A DNA stretch of 63,680 nucleotides, filler included, from Octopus bimaculoides (Eukaryota): the NCBI RefSeq assembly GCF_001194135.2. It is 6 parts of 6 records of this genome, joined end to end, with 100 filler letters (N's around TTAATTAATTAA, not from the genome) between each part and the next. Parts side by side here need not be neighbours in the genome. Positions count along the whole stretch, not along the records: positions 15,442 to 40,076 come from NC_068981.1; positions 40,177 to 57,393 come from NC_069009.1; 4 more parts are not named here. One strand, written 5' to 3'. Shown one piece after another: positions 37,668 through 51,645 of the stretch (position 1 is its first letter; the number at the start of each line of letters is the position of its first letter). The notes under the pieces were generated by a model. That model was not told where the DNA came from, did not search any database, and was given only the letters and a program-made list of their open reading frames with translations. The translations under genes and the position numbers were made by a program.

Positions 37668-39131
37668 CAGTGATTCCCAGCGTGGGGTACATTCCACACC
37701 GGCGGGGCCTTGGAAATTTGTGTCGTGAGTGCTAAATCTTTTTTTTTTTCTTTTTAGTTGGACGTGGAACTGCGAAAATCCATTTTCACAGCAATCATAC
37801 TACAACTATACTCAGCCTAGCCAAACCAGTCCCTCCACCCAAGCATACTGTGTGAAGACTACTCGCGACAATCTAGCGCTACACTAATGCTCCGGCTAAG
37901 GCTAACAAAATTGTGTCTTCGAATCAAGGAAATCTGCCTTAGTCGTCAGGCACAAAGTTCTAATTGAAGTGATTCACTTTTTTTTTTAAATTCAATAATG
38001 TACTCTTTTGTTACTCAGTAGTAAACAGTCTTCACATATTGGGATATCCCATAAACAATGCGGTTTTTATACTTCTTTTCTTTTTCAAGAATAATAAAAC
38101 AATGTTTTTTTTTTTAAATCTTAAATATACTCTCCTTCGTTTTCTATAATGCTTTTTCCATATATTTCATAGACTTGCAAGGCCTCTCTCCCAAAATTCA
38201 TTTGTCCGTGAGGAAAAATACTCCTCTAGTACTTTTCTGACCTGGTCTTGACAATTCATATTTTTTTCCGTCCACACGATTTTGAAGACTGCAGAATAAA
38301 TTATAATCAGATGGCACAATGTCCGGCAAATATGGTGGGTGGGGCATCGTTTCCCATTCAAACTGCACAAGCCTTTGGAATGTCATCCTCGTTGTACGTG
38401 GCTGACCATTATCCTGATAGAAGAACAACTTTCGTCTTGTAACCAAAGATGGTCGTTTTCCTTCTAGCGCCGGTATCGATGAATGGTTGAATGACCAAAT
38501 CCAAAGATTCTTTGCTAGTACTTCAACAGTTACGATGGGATTTTGTTCTACCAGTGTTTGGAGGGTGTCCTCCTCGAGTTCTACAGATCTTCTGTGACGA
38601 GGCTTGTCTTCTAGGCTGTAGTTTCCGTTTCGGAATTTCTGAAATCACCGTTGACACTGGCTTGCGCTTATTGTCCGATCACAATATACTTCATTAATAT
38701 TCCTCGCACTTTCCCATGTGTCGTTACCTTTATTGAACTCGTAAAGCAAAATATGCCGAATATGCTTCTTTGTCACACCCATTATAGCTTTGACAACATA
38801 ACTTTTAAAATCGAATTGCACTCTTCAAACCTGTTCTAAGAATTAGTAAAATAGATAAAATTACTACATGCTTTTATAGCAACATGATGCAATTGATAAA
38901 ATCACATTATTTATGGGATGACCCAACAATATTCTTGGGTAGAAGGATTGGATTGGCTATGTTAAATGTTGGTATAGTATGATTTTCGCAGTTCCATGTG
39001 TCACTAAAAATGTTACCGGTAGAATCTTTTGTATTAAATATTGTTTGGTTTTCTTTCTAACCGCCGTTGGGGAATAAATGTTTCCAGAATGTTATAGTGA
39101 AGCCTGGGAGGAAATAGGTTGGGAAACACTG
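37668..39131. mobile_element. Non-autonomous hAT (Charlie-like) element carrying a nested mariner
   Basis: TIRs CAGTGATTCCCAG / TTTGGGAAACACTG; 8-bp TSD ATGTACAG (37660-67) vs ATGTAGAG (39132-39), 7/8 identical. Confidence 0.8.
38039..38926 (-). mobile_element. Mariner (DD34D family) with internal deletion
   Basis: TIRs TTGGGATATCCCATAAACAATGCGG / CACATTATTTATGGGATGACCCAA. FYQDNGQPRTTRMTFQRLVQFEWETMPHPPYLPDIVPSDY. About 370 bp shorter than the 47119 copy. Confidence 0.9.
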
Positions 39132-39832
39132 ATGTAGAGGGTCCCCTACACACGGTACTCTCTCCCAATCATGGTGGTTTGGGGCAATTGCCTCTTTTCC
39201 TCACTTATAGAACCTGGTTTATAAAACCTCACTTATAAAACCTCATTTATAAAATTTACTATAAATTATCTTCTAAATTCTTTGTTGTAATCTACAAACT
39301 TTCGCATATACCCAATTGTTTTTAGACTATTTATTGTCTCATTTTAATCAAGGAGGACATACTTGGATATATACTGCAGTCCCCAATATACACAACAAAC
39401 ATTGCGATGGATATGATTGAAACCTCGTAATAAACATTAATATAGAAGCATACAATCTAATAGTTTGAAATAATATAAACGTGGTAACTGACTCTGATTA
39501 AGTATTAACAAGAATACGTGGATAAAGCAATTTAGTCTACTTCTATGTAGATCAACCAGGAATTAAATTATGAAATTCCGATTCTACAATTCATAAAAGC
39601 ATTACTATATAGGAATTAGAAGATGAACCGTCATCTAATATTGATATGCATATGACTAATAACGAGATTGTGTCTATCAATGAAAATATAAAGAAATGCA
39701 GAACGAACAGATTATACGGATAAACAGGTAAAATAGTACAATACAAACACGATATTAATCTACGTGAACTAGCTGCTGCAGCAGCAGCAGCAGCAGCAGC
39801 AGCACTAGTAGTAGTAGTGGTAGTAGTAGTAA

Positions 39833-39875
<43 letters not shown>

Positions 39876-40076
39876 CGTAGTAGTGGTGGTGGTGGTGGTG
39901 AGTTCATTTTATCCTCTTTTCATCGTCTCTGTTTATTTCCTCGTCTTCCTTTCTGTTGAAGAGCGTAGTCTCAAAGCATAAAAGACTCACCTTCCGAGCG
40001 TCAATGTAATACAGCTGATAGTTGATTATATACCTGTTTTCGTCTTCTGCTTTCCGTATATTTCTGATATATATAT

Positions 40077-40176
40077 NNNNNNNNNNNNNNNNNNNNNNNN
40101 NNNNNNNNNNNNNNNNNNNNTTAATTAATTAANNNNNNNNNNNNNNNNNNNNNNNNNNNNNNNNNNNNNNNNNNNN
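40077..40176. other. Artificial scaffold-join spacer
   Basis: 44 N + TTAATTAATTAA (40121-40132) + 44 N. Confidence 0.95.
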
Positions 40177-40194
40177 TACACATATTCTTTTAAT

Positions 40195-40563
40195 CCTTTA
40201 TTCTTTTATTTGTTTCAGTTATTTGACTGTGGCCATGCTGGAGCACCGCCTTTAGTCGAGCAAATCGACCCCCAGGACTTATTCTTTGTACGCCTGGTAC
40301 TCATTCTGTTGGTTTCTTTGCTGAACACACCAGCATCAGTTGTCAAGCGATCGCAGCGGGACAAACACAGACACACAAATATACACCCACACACACATAT
40401 ATATATATATTCGACAGGCTTCTTTCGGTTTCCATCTACCAAATCCACTCACAAGGCTTTTGGTCAGCCCAAGGCTATAGTAGAAGACACTTGCCCAAGG
40501 TGTCACACAGTGGACTGAACCCAGAGCCATGTGGTTGATAAGAAAGCTACTTACCACACAGCC
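40195..40563 (-). mobile_element. SINE family A, full length
   Basis: Reverse complement of the 51262-51645 copy, including the internal (TA/CA) tract and the AAATAAAAGAAT-like tail. Confidence 0.9.
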
Positions 40564-40564
40564 A

Positions 40565-40860
40565 TCATCGTTTAACGTCCGCTTTCCATGCTAGTATGGG
40601 TTGGATGATTTGACTGAGGACTGGCGAACCAGATAGCTACGCCAGGCTCCAATCTGATCTGGCAGAGTTTCTACAGCTGGATGCCCTTCCGAATGCCAAC
40701 CACTCCGAGAGTGTAGTGGGTGCTTTTACGTGCCACTGGCACGAAAGTCAGTCAGGTGGCACTGGCAACGGCCACACTCAAAATGGTGTATTTTACATGC
40801 CACCTGCACAGGAGCCAGTCCAGTGGCACTGGCAATGATCTCGCTTGAATGTCTTTTCAC
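40565..40860 (-). mobile_element. SINE family D (body with GGAAGGGCATCCAGCTGTAG; tail CCAACCCATACTAGCATGGAAAGCGGACGTTAAACGATGATG)
   Basis: Same sequence at 45437 and 50385; the (GAT)n tail is reminiscent of RTE-mobilised SINEs. Confidence 0.8.
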
Positions 40861-41232
40861 NNNNNNNNNNNNNNNNNNNNNNNNNNNNNNNNNNNNNNNN
40901 NNNNNNNNNNNNNNNNNNNNNNNNNNNNNNNNNNNNNNNNNNNNNNNNNNNNNNNNNNNNNNNNNNNNNNNNNNNNNNNNNNNNNNNNNNNNNNNNNNNN
41001 NNNNNNNNNNNNNNNNNNNNNNNNNNNNNNNNNNNNNNNNNNNNNNNNNNNNNNNNNNNNNNNNNNNNNNNNNNNNNNNNNNNNNNNNNNNNNNNNNNNN
41101 NNNNNNNNNNNNNNNNNNNNNNNNNNNNNNNNNNNNNNNNNNNNNNNNNNNNNNNNNNNNNNNNNNNNNNNNNNNNNNNNNNNNNNNNNNNNNNNNNNNN
41201 NNNNNNNNNNNNNNNNNNNNNNNNNNNNNNNN

Positions 41233-41294
<62 letters not shown>

Positions 41295-41298
<4 letters not shown>

Positions 41299-41414
41299 CC
41301 TTTCTACTAAAGGCACAAGGCCTGAAATTTGTGGGAGGGAACAAATCAATTACATCAACCCCAGTGCATAACTGGTACTTATTTTATCAACTCTAAAAGG
41401 ATGACAGGCAAAGT

Positions 41415-41415
<1 letters not shown>
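41295..41415 (-). mobile_element. SINE family B, 3' part, next to (AAT)n
   Basis: AGGCACAAGGCCTGAAATTT..CCCCAGTGCATAACTGGTACTTATTTTATCAAC..AAGGATGACAGGCAAAGTTGA. Confidence 0.8.
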
Positions 41416-42040
<625 letters not shown>

Positions 42041-42179
42041 GGTGAAGATACAAGCTCCTGTCAAACTGTCCAACCCATGCCAGCACGGAAAACAGACGTT
42101 AAACGTTGGTCATGATCTCTCTCCACACACACACACACACACACATATTATCGTCATCATCATCATTATTGAACATTGA

Positions 42180-42410
42180 TAAGGCGGTGAGCTGGCAGAA
42201 TCGTTAGCGCACCGGGCGAAATGCTTAGCAGTAGTTCGTCTGTCTTTATGTTCTGAGTTCAAATTCCGCCGAGGTTGACTGTGCCTTTCATTCTTTCGGA
42301 GGTCGATAAATTAAGTACCAGTTGCATACTGAGGTCGATCTAATCGACTGGCCCTCCCCCACTCCCCACAAAAAATTTCGGCCTTGTGCCTAGAGTAGAA
42401 AAGATTATTT
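42180..42410 (+). mobile_element. SINE family B, full length
   Basis: AAGGCGGTGAGCTGGCAGAATCGTTAGCGCACCGGGCGAAATGCTTAGC..GCCTTGTGCCTAGAGTAGAAAAGATTATT. Confidence 0.9.
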
Positions 42411-42590
42411 AACATTGGTTTTCGATGGTGGCATGGGTTGGATGGCCTGACAGGAATTGGTAAGTTAGAGGACTGCCCCAAGTTTTATTGGCAGTCAGTT
42501 TTAGCAGATAGGTAGATAGATAGATAGATAGAGAGAGAGAGTGAGAGAGAGAGAGAAAGAGCAATATAGGAGGGAGGGAGAATGTACAAA

Positions 42591-42640
<50 letters not shown>

Positions 42641-43042
42641 NNNNNNNNNNNNNNNNNNNNNNNNNNNNNNNNNNNNNNNNNNNNNNNNNNNNNNNNNNNN
42701 NNNNNNNNNNNNNNNNNNNNNNNNNNNNNNNNNNNNNNNNNNNNNNNNNNNNNNNNNNNNNNNNNNNNNNNNNNNNNNNNNNNNNNNNNNNNNNNNNNNN
42801 NNNNNNNNNNNNNNNNNNNNNNNNNNNNNNNNNNNNNNNNNNNNNNNNNNNNNNNNNNNNNNNNNNNNNNNNNNNNNNNNNNNNNNNNNNNNNNNNNNNN
42901 NNNNNNNNNNNNNNNNNNNNNNNNNNNNNNNNNNNNNNNNNNNNNNNNNNNNNNNNNNNNNNNNNNNNNNNNNNNNNNNNNNNNNNNNNNNNNNNNNNNN
43001 NNNNNNNNNNNNNNNNNNNNNNNNNNNNNNNNATGTACAAAC

Positions 43043-43095
<53 letters not shown>

Positions 43096-43498
43096 AAGAT
43101 GGAGAGAGAGAAAGAGAGGGGGAGAGAGAAAGAGAGATACGTGCATACATACATACAGACATATGTACATACGTACAGCTAGATAGATGAATATCGTGTA
43201 TCTTGATGTCCATGAGGATGAGAGTGAGAGAGAGAGGTGGGATAGAATTAAGGAATAGAAAGGGAAGGTTTATAGATAGAGAGGGAGCGTAAAGAGCAGA
43301 AAGGGTGTGAGATAGAGAGAGAGATAGAGAGAGACTGACAAGAGAGAGAGACAGTCAAAGAGCAAAGAAATGAGTGTTAGAGAAAGATATAGATTATTAT
43401 CTCGCAAAAAGAATGGCCAAACGATCTATGGACAGAAAGAGAGAGAGAAAGAGAGAGGGAGAGAGAGAGACAGAATAGGTAGAGAGAAAGAGAGGTGG

Positions 43499-43532
<34 letters not shown>

Positions 43533-45102
43533 ATAGGTAGAGAGAAAGAGAGGTGGGAGAGAGAGAGAGAGNNNNNNNNNNNNNNNNNNNNNNNNNNNNN
43601 NNNNNNNNNNNNNNNNNNNNNNNNNNNNNNNNNNNNNNNNNNNNNNNNNNNNNNNNNNNNNNNNNNNNNNNNNNNNNNNNNNNNNNNNNNNNNNNNNNNN
43701 NNNNNNNNNNNNNNNNNNNNNNNNNNNNNNNNNNNNNNNNNNNNNNNNNNNNNNNNNNNNNNNNNNNNNNNNNNNNNNNNNNNNNNNNNNNNNNNNNNNN
43801 NNNNNNNNNNNNNNNNNNNNNNNNNNNNNNNNNNNNNNNNNNNNNNNNNNNNNNNNNNNNNNNNNNNNNNNNNNNNNNNNNNNNNNNNNNNNNNNNNNNN
43901 NNNNNNNNNNNNNNNNNNNNNNNNNNNNNNNNNNNNNNNNNNNNNNNNNNNNNNNNNNNNNNNNNNNNNNNNNNNNNNNNNNNNNNNNNNNNNNNNNNNN
44001 NNNNNNNNNNNNNNNNNNNNNNNNNNNNNNNNNNNNNNNNNNNNNNNNNNNNNNNNNNNNNNNNNNNNNNNNNNNNNNNNNNNNNNNNNNNNNNNNNNNN
44101 NNNNNNNNNNNNNNNNNNNNNNNNNNNNNNNNNNNNNNNNNNNNNNNNNNNNNNNNNNNNNNNNNNNTTCTAAGCATTCTAAGAAGAGACAAGCATCAAA
44201 ATTCCATTGCTAAATCAAAATTACTCCCAGAAGAAAAAAAAAAAAAGATAATAAACTACAATAAGCTAAAACGAAATAAAATATAATAAACGAATAAAGA
44301 CGTCCAAAAACGTATAAGGAAACTCATCGTAGAAATAGAAAAAAATCAAAGCATAGAATGAAATGTCTGCCGTTTGTCGAAGATTTATGCAACAAGTACA
44401 TTTTAAAATGTCGTCCCTGGCATTATTTTAGCAAGATCTTTCATCCATTAAATTGAACGAAATCTCTACAACAGGGACCATAAATATTCCTGCATGTTTT
44501 ATTTGAGCTCTTTCTTTGATTTTTTTTCTTAGATATTTGCTTTTTTCTAGAACTAAAGGGGCCTAAAGGTTTTTACTATTTCGAACGATGTTTTTCTAGT
44601 TTTCTAGTGTTTTTTTTGTTGTAAATTAGGGAGGAAAAAATACGAATTAAGGTCACAGAAAAGATGAAAAATTATTAACCCTTTGTTTAAAGTAATTTCT
44701 ATGAATTTCTCTTCGCTCATCTTCTTGTTCTTTAAAACGCTTCGTCTGATTTTAACTTTTAAATATTAATCACGGCTTGCCATTTTGTCAGGAGAGGGAA
44801 AAACAGAGAGAGAGACAGACAGACAGATGTACATGCTATATGATGGTTACAAAAGCAATATGCAAATATGTTTGGGGACTATAGATTCGAAAATATGATG
44901 TATGATGTACGATTTATTTTATAATAATAATAACAATAATAATAACGGTTTCAAATTTTGGCACAAGACCAGCAATTTCAGGAGGGAGTAAGAAGATTTT
45001 TGAATGGAATTTAAATTCAGAACATAAAGTGAGAAAAGAAATGCCTCTAAGTATTTTGTCTGTGCCAGCTTGTTGCATTAATAATAATAATAATATAATA
45101 TA

Positions 45103-45437
45103 AATGCCCTGATGCAGTACCAGGCAGTGGCTCTCATGGCTTCTGATCTTAATTGATTGGAAGTGTTATCATGTACATTGTTTTGTCTTGGTATAAAAAG
45201 ATGGGCTACAGCAAATATTCTGCTCAATACCACAGATTTGCTTGTCAGTTGTTTGACCTTAACCAGTTGAGCATGTCCCTTGGTGGCTGACGATACGTGC
45301 ATCTCTGATCATGAGCAGAAGTAGTGGGGGAGCATCATAGCCATGTGTTGAGAGGAATTCTTTGGGGTTTGAATAATTCACCTTTGGAAACATGGCTGTT
45401 TGCTCAACATCCTTAAACAAACCTTATTCAGGGACCA
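45103..45437 (+). mobile_element. (AAT)n-associated interspersed repeat, family E, truncated by a family D SINE
   Basis: Near-identical to 53556-53803 (GGTATAAAAGATGGGCTACAGCAAATATTCTGC..CCTTAAACAAACCTTATTCAGG); begins right after (AAT)n. Confidence 0.75.
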
Positions 45438-45892
45438 TTTAACGTCTGCTTTCCATGCTGGCATGGGTCGGTCGGACGGCTTGGCTGAATACTGGTAAGT
45501 GGGGAACTGCACCAGATTCTGATCTGATTTGGCAAAGTTTCTGTGGCTGGATGTCCTTCCTAACACCAACCACTCTGAGAGATTAGTCGGTGTTCTTTAC
45601 GTGCCACCTGGCACAGGTGCCATTGACCTGACACTGGCCACAATTAGGGTCTCACTTGGCTTGGCAGGTCAACACAAGCACAGTATATCACCAAAGGTCT
45701 TGGTCACCTGTCATTGTCTCCATGAGGCCAAACGCTTCAATGGTGCTTTTTATGTGCCACTGGCATCAGTGCCAGTCAGACGGCACTGGAATTCGCCACG
45801 ATGTAGAAAACAATTGCCCAAGGTGCCACACAGTGGGATTGAACCTGGAATCATGCACCAACAAAGCAAGCTTCTTATTCACACAACCACGA
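45437..45892 (-). mobile_element. SINE family D, apparently complete, with a family A-type tRNA head (45810-45892)
   Basis: Minus strand: GTGGTTGTGTGAATAAGAAGCTTGC..GGTTCAATCCCACTGTGTGGCACCTTGGGCAA head, then GTGCC..GGCAC modules, GGAAGGACATCCAGCC, and CCCATGCCAGCATGGAAAGCAGACGTTAAA tail. Confidence 0.75.
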
Positions 45893-46805
45893 CTGATTTT
45901 ATAAGATATAGAGTTACGTTTTCGATTCGATTTTTTAAGTAAATATATAAGATATTAGAGTTATTTTTTTTGGCTATTTTCTGAGAATTTGCTGCAACTT
46001 CATGAATTATGGAATCACCAAAATATAGAATCATGTGACCCCAATAATTCATTGCAAAGAAAAAAAAAATGGTTAGCACCGAAAATATTTCTCTTATTTT
46101 GCAAAATAGATGGAACAAAAAAAAAAAGAACAATTTTTATCAGATTACTTAGAAATCAAAATGTATTTTTGTAAAATATGTGTGTGCGTGTGTGCACATA
46201 TGTATATACATATGTGTATGTATATATATATATATATNNNNNNNNNNNNNNNNNNNNNNNNNNNNNNNNNNNNNNNNNNNNNNNNNNNNNNNNNNNNNNN
46301 NNNNNNNNNNNNNNNNNNNNNNNNNNNNNNNNNNNNNNNNNNNNNNNNNNNNNNNNNNNNNNNNNNNNNNNNNNNNNNNNNNNNNNNNNNNNNNNNNNNN
46401 NNNNNNNNNNNNNNNNNNNNNNNNNNNNNNNNNNNNNNNNNNNNNNNNNNNNNNNNNNNNNNNNNNNNNNNNNNNNNNNNNNNNNNNNNNNNNNNNNNNN
46501 NNNNNNNNNNNNNNNNNNNNNNNNNNNNNNNNNNNNNNNNNNNNNNNNNNNNNNNNNNNNNNNNNNNNNNNNNNNNNNNNNNNNNNNNNNNNNNNNNNNN
46601 NNNNNNNNNNNNNNNNNNNNNNNNNNNNNNNNNNNNNNNNNNNNNNNNNNNNNNNNNNNNNNNNNNNNNNNNNNNNNNNNNNNNNNNNNNNNNNNNNNNN
46701 NNNNNNNNNNNNNNNNNNNNNNNNNNNNNNNNNNNNNNNNNNNNNNNNNNNNNNNNNNNNNNNNNNNNNNNNNNNNNNNNNNNNNNNNNNNNNNNNNNNN
46801 NNNNA

Positions 46806-47095
46806 GTTCACGCTTGGAGGGAATTCAGTAGCTCATCACCCTCGGTTACTGAGACGCCTTCTGAATGATTTCCGTGGTTATTTGTGAAGCTCTGGTGCTG
46901 ACATGTGAGAGAGCTCTGTTGGACGTCTTGGCTCGACGGAGATCAGTTAACGAAGAGACTGAGAAAAGGCGCCAAAGCTGTGTGTCGAACTCTACGCATG
47001 CGCATGAGACTCTTCCTGTATTCCTTCCGGAACTAGTCCCTGTGCATGCGTGGATAAAACTCTGGACATTGAACATATAACAGTCGTCTGCTATA
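46806..47095 (+). mobile_element. Probable L1/Tx1-like LINE 3' remnant
   Basis: CERALLDVLARRRSVNEETEKRR resembles recalled Tx1-like C-termini; family assignment unverified. Confidence 0.35.
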
Positions 47096-47118
47096 AAGTG
47101 TCACTACATATATATATA

Positions 47119-48384
47119 TTGGGTCATCTCATAAATAATATGGTTTTTATGCTTCTTTTATTTTTCAAAATTAAGATAAACAAAGTTCTTTTTTAATGTA
47201 AAATATATTCTCCATCATTTTCTATGATGCTCTTTCTTCTATCGTGTAGACTTGCAAGGCTCCTCTTCCAAAATTCATTTGTCTGGGATGAAAAATACTC
47301 CTCCGATACTGTTCTGACCTCATCCACAGAATTCATATTTTTGAAGACTGTGGAGTAAATGATAATCAGATGGGGCAATGTCTGGCGAATATGATGAGTG
47401 GGGCATCATTTCCCATTCAAACTGCTCCGGCCTTTGGAATGTCATCCTTGCTGTACGTGGCCGAGCATTATCCTGATGGAAGAACACCTTTTGTCTTGAA
47501 GCCAAAGATGGTTGTTTTTCTTCTAGCGCTGACTTGAATGACTAGTCAAGCAGCTTGCAGTAGATCTCCTTTGTTATCCTTTGGTTAGGGTTTAAATGTT
47601 CAAAGTGGACTAAACCATTCAAATCCCACCAAACAGATAACAACACCTTATGTGGGTAAAGACCTTCTTTGGCCTTGGGTGCCAGTGTTTCTCCTTTCCC
47701 AACCCACTGTGTTCGGTGCTTGACATTTTATAGAGAACCCATTTCTCATCACCAGTCACTATTCGGTCCAAAATAGGTGCATCAAAGAGACATGACAGTA
47801 GAGGAGAGCACACATTCACTTTCCGTGTGTGATTAGACTCGAAAAATTCATGAGGAACCCACTGACCCAATTTGCTGACTGATGGCACACAGATGTTGAT
47901 GAATGGTTGAATGACCAAATCCAAGCTTCTCTGCTAGTTCCTCAACAGTTACAATGGGATTTTGTTCCACTAGCATTTGCAGGACATCCTTGTTGATCTC
48001 TGCAGATCTTCCAAGATGAGGCTCATCTTCTAAGCTGTAGTTTCTGGCTTGGAATTTCTGGAACCATTGTTGACATTGGCTTACGCTTATTGTCCGATCC
48101 CCATATACTGCATTAGCATTCCTTGCACTTTCCATTGCAGTGTTGCCTTTATTGAACTCATAAAGCAAAATATGCCAAATATGCTCGTTTATCACTTCCA
48201 TTATAATTTTGAAAATATAAGTGTCAAAATCGAACTGCACTCTTCAAAACTTGCACTAAGAATAAGCACAAGGTGGAATTACTACCTGCTTTTATAGCAT
48301 GTTGATGCTGGTAGTTTATCCCACCCCACTCTGATTTTTAGTTCATGCAATTGGAAAAACCACATTATTTATGGGATCACGCAA
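47119..48384 (-). mobile_element. Full-length decayed mariner (DD34D); transposase 48201->47193
   Basis: MEVINEHIWHILLYEFNKG..WVPHE..RIVTGDEKWVLY..FHQDNARP..YSPDIAPSDY, with 34 residues counted between the second and third D. TIRs TTGGGTCATCTCATAAATAAT / ATTATTTATGGGATCACGCAA with TA on both sides; 1266 bp. Confidence 0.95.
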
Positions 48385-49060
48385 TATAATATAGCCCCCT
48401 ACCTAGTCCTCTAACCTCCATCAATGCTATAAATCTTAACAGACTCAAACATGACATTGCATTGTCTTCTGCTTTAGTAAATACTAACCATTGGAACTAA
48501 TAAATTCATTCTATGACCAGCGAGGCTTGTAGAATCACAAGGGTACATAGGCTATTGAGTTTCTAATGTTTCTAAATGTTGTGGTTCATGTATTTATCTG
48601 ATCAAAACATTTTTTTTCTAAGGATGTAATGTCTCCACTAATCAATTAAAATTTCGTTGGAAACAGCTGTAGTGAATTGACACATTATCCATATGTTGCT
48701 ATATATATATATATATATTTATATATAATTAATCAAAGGACATACTAGGTATGTCTACCTGCTTGAAATAACAGTCAAAACTCGTTATTAAATCGCCAAA
48801 AATACACTTGTAATTACCCATTACCAGTGTCTGTTTTGCGATNNNNNNNNNNNNNNNNNNNNNNNNNNNNNNNNNNNNNNNNNNNNNNNNNNNNNNNNNN
48901 NNNNNNNNNNNNNNNNNNNNNNNNNNNNNNNNNNNNNNNNNNNNNNNNNNNNNNNNNNNNNNNNNNNNNNNNNNNNNNNNNNNNNNNNNNNNNNNNNNNN
49001 NNNNNNNNNNNNNNNNNNNNNNNNNNNNNNNNNNNNNNNNNNNNNNNNNNNNNNNNNNNN

Positions 49061-49102
<42 letters not shown>

Positions 49103-49120
49103 ATATAGATAGATGAGGAC

Positions 49121-49425
49121 TTATTCTTTGTAAGCCTAGTACTTATTCTATTGGTCTGTTTTGCTGAATCACTAAGTTACAGAGATCTAAACACACCAAC
49201 ATCAGTTGCCAAGCGATGGTAGGGGGACAAACACAGGCATACAAATACATACATATATATATATATACGATGGGCTTCTATCAGTTTCCATCTACGAAAT
49301 CCACTCACAAGGCTTTGGTTGGCGCAAGGGTATAGTAGAAGGCACTTACCCAAGGTGCCATCCAGTGGAACTGAACCCAAAACCATATGGTTGGGAAGCA
49401 AGCTTCTTACCACACAGCCACTCCT
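49121..49425 (-). mobile_element. SINE family A
   Basis: Same sequence as 40195-40563, 3' end shortened. Confidence 0.85.
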
Positions 49426-49699
49426 ACACTGAACCAATAAGAAATGAGATTGGTTTAAACAACAGCTAAATCTCCCTCCAAACTCAGGCTACGATCTGAA
49501 GATATCAAGGGGGGACATATTCCGTAATGTAGTCTTTGATAGTCTTAGGCATTTAGTCTTCGTAACGATGTAACATCTTCAATGAGAAGAGGAACACCTT
49601 AGATCATAAGCTTGTTGGATCAGGGCTGACTCGGGGTTAAACGATAACAATTATACCCACGGATACAAGCTTCTAATGTAGCCCTAGATATACGATGTC

Positions 49700-50000
49700 T
49701 GAATAAAAGATGGGATGGTCACAGTTGGAACAACACAATCACCGTTACCACCACCACCATCATCATCAACACCACCTCCACCACCATCATCATCAACACC
49801 ACCACCTCCACCACTATCACCACCTCCACCACCATCACCACCACCACTATCACCTTGACCTATCAACACAACCACCTTCTACCATCACCATCATCACCAC
49901 CATCACCATCAGCACTATCACTGTCAACACCACAATGATCACCACCACCACCACCACCACCAACACCACCACCACCAACAACAACAACAAAGACACCCAC
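49700..50000. repeat. (ACC)n/(CAT)n low-complexity tract
   Basis: Directly visible. Confidence 0.9.
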
Positions 50001-50244
50001 CATTTAATGCAACATCGACTGTAAACAAGAAAAATATTTACTCGACATAAGATCTTTAATTGCACTAATTAAAAGCTATTAAATTAATTGAGAGAGTTCC
50101 TGCTAAAACACAAAGTCTTTTAAGAATTGTTCCAAACACCTTTTCGCTGATTCATCAGATTCCGTGAAAAGACTTCTGGGTAATTCTTGCTTTCCTAAAC
50201 ACTTTATAATAACACCTTGGTTCACACTTTTTACCAACTTCTTA

Positions 50245-50580
50245 ACCACATTGTTCCAGGTTCAGTCCCACTGCATGGCAACTTGTGCCAAGTGTCTTCT
50301 ACTATAGCCTTGAGCAGACCAAAGCTTTGTGAGTGGATTTGGTAGACAGAAACAGAAAGAAGCCCATCGTATATCCTCATCATCATCATCATCATCGTTT
50401 AATGTCTGCTTTCCAAGCTGGCATGGGTTGGACGGTTTGACTGAGGACTGGCGAGCCAGATGGCTGCACCAGGCTCCAATCTGATCTGGCAGAGTTTCTA
50501 CAGCTGGATGCCCTTCCTAACGCCAACCACTCTGAGAGTGTAGTGGGTGCTTTTACATGCCACTGGCACAAGGGCCAGTC
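50245..50580. mobile_element. Family A SINE 5' part (+, 50245-50372) tail-to-tail with family D tail (-, 50385-50580)
   Basis: Matches other copies; joined through (CAT)n. Confidence 0.8.
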
Positions 50581-51186
50581 NNNNNNNNNNNNNNNNNNNN
50601 NNNNNNNNNNNNNNNNNNNNNNNNNNNNNNNNNNNNNNNNNNNNNNNNNNNNNNNNNNNNNNNNNNNNNNNNNNNNNNNNNNNNNNNNNNNNNNNNNNNN
50701 NNNNNNNNNNNNNNNNNNNNNNNNNNNNNNNNNNNNNNNNNNNNNNNNNNNNNNNNNNNNNNNNNNNNNNNNNNNNNNNNNNNNNNNNNNNNNNNNNNNN
50801 NNNNNNNNNNNNNNNNNNNNNNNNNNNNNNNNNNNNNNNNNNNNNNNNNNNNNNNNNNNNNNNNNNNNNNNNNNNNNNNNNNNNNNNNNNNNNNNNNNNN
50901 NNNNNNNNNNNNNNNNNNNNNNNNNNNNNNNNNNNNNNNNNNNNNNNNNNNNNNNNNNNNNNNNNNNNNNNNNNNNNNNNNNNNNNNNNNNNNNNNNNNN
51001 NNNNNNNNNNNNNNNNNNNNNNNNNNNNNNNNNNNNNNNNNNNNNNNNNNNNNNNNNNNNNNNNNNNNNNNNNNNNNNNNNNNNNNNNNNNNNNNNNNNN
51101 NNNNNNNNNNNNNNNNNNNNNNNNNNNNNNNNNNNNNNNNNNNNNNNNNNNNNNNNNNNNNNNACATACATACATACATACATACA

Positions 51187-51253
<67 letters not shown>

Positions 51254-51261
51254 CACATCAT

Positions 51262-51645
51262 CATTTGGCTGTGTGGTAAGAAGCTTGCTCATGGTTCCAG
51301 GTTCATTCCCACTGTGTGGCACCTTGAGCAAGAATCTTCTACTATAGCCTCAGGCCTACCAAAGCCTTGTGAGTGGATCTAGTGGACACAAACTGAAAGA
51401 AGCCCGTTGTATAAATGTATATATGTTTATATTTGTGTGTCTGTGTTTGTCCCCCCCCCCCATCGTCGCTTGACAACCGATGGTGGTTTGCTTCCGTCCC
51501 CGTAACTTAGCAGTTCAGCAAAAGAGACAGATAGGATAAGTACTAGGCTTACAAAGAATAAGTCCTGGGGTCGATTTGCTTGACTAAAGGCGGTGCTCCA
51601 GCATGGCCACAGTCAAATAACTGAAACAAATAAAAGAATAAAAGA
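51262..51645 (+). mobile_element. SINE family A, full length
   Basis: GGCTGTGTGGTAAGAAGCTTGC..GGTTCATTCCCACTGTGTGGCACCTTGAGCAAG..GGCGGTGCTCCAGCATGGCCACAGTCAAATAACTGAAACAAATAAAAGAATAAAAGAA. Confidence 0.9.
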
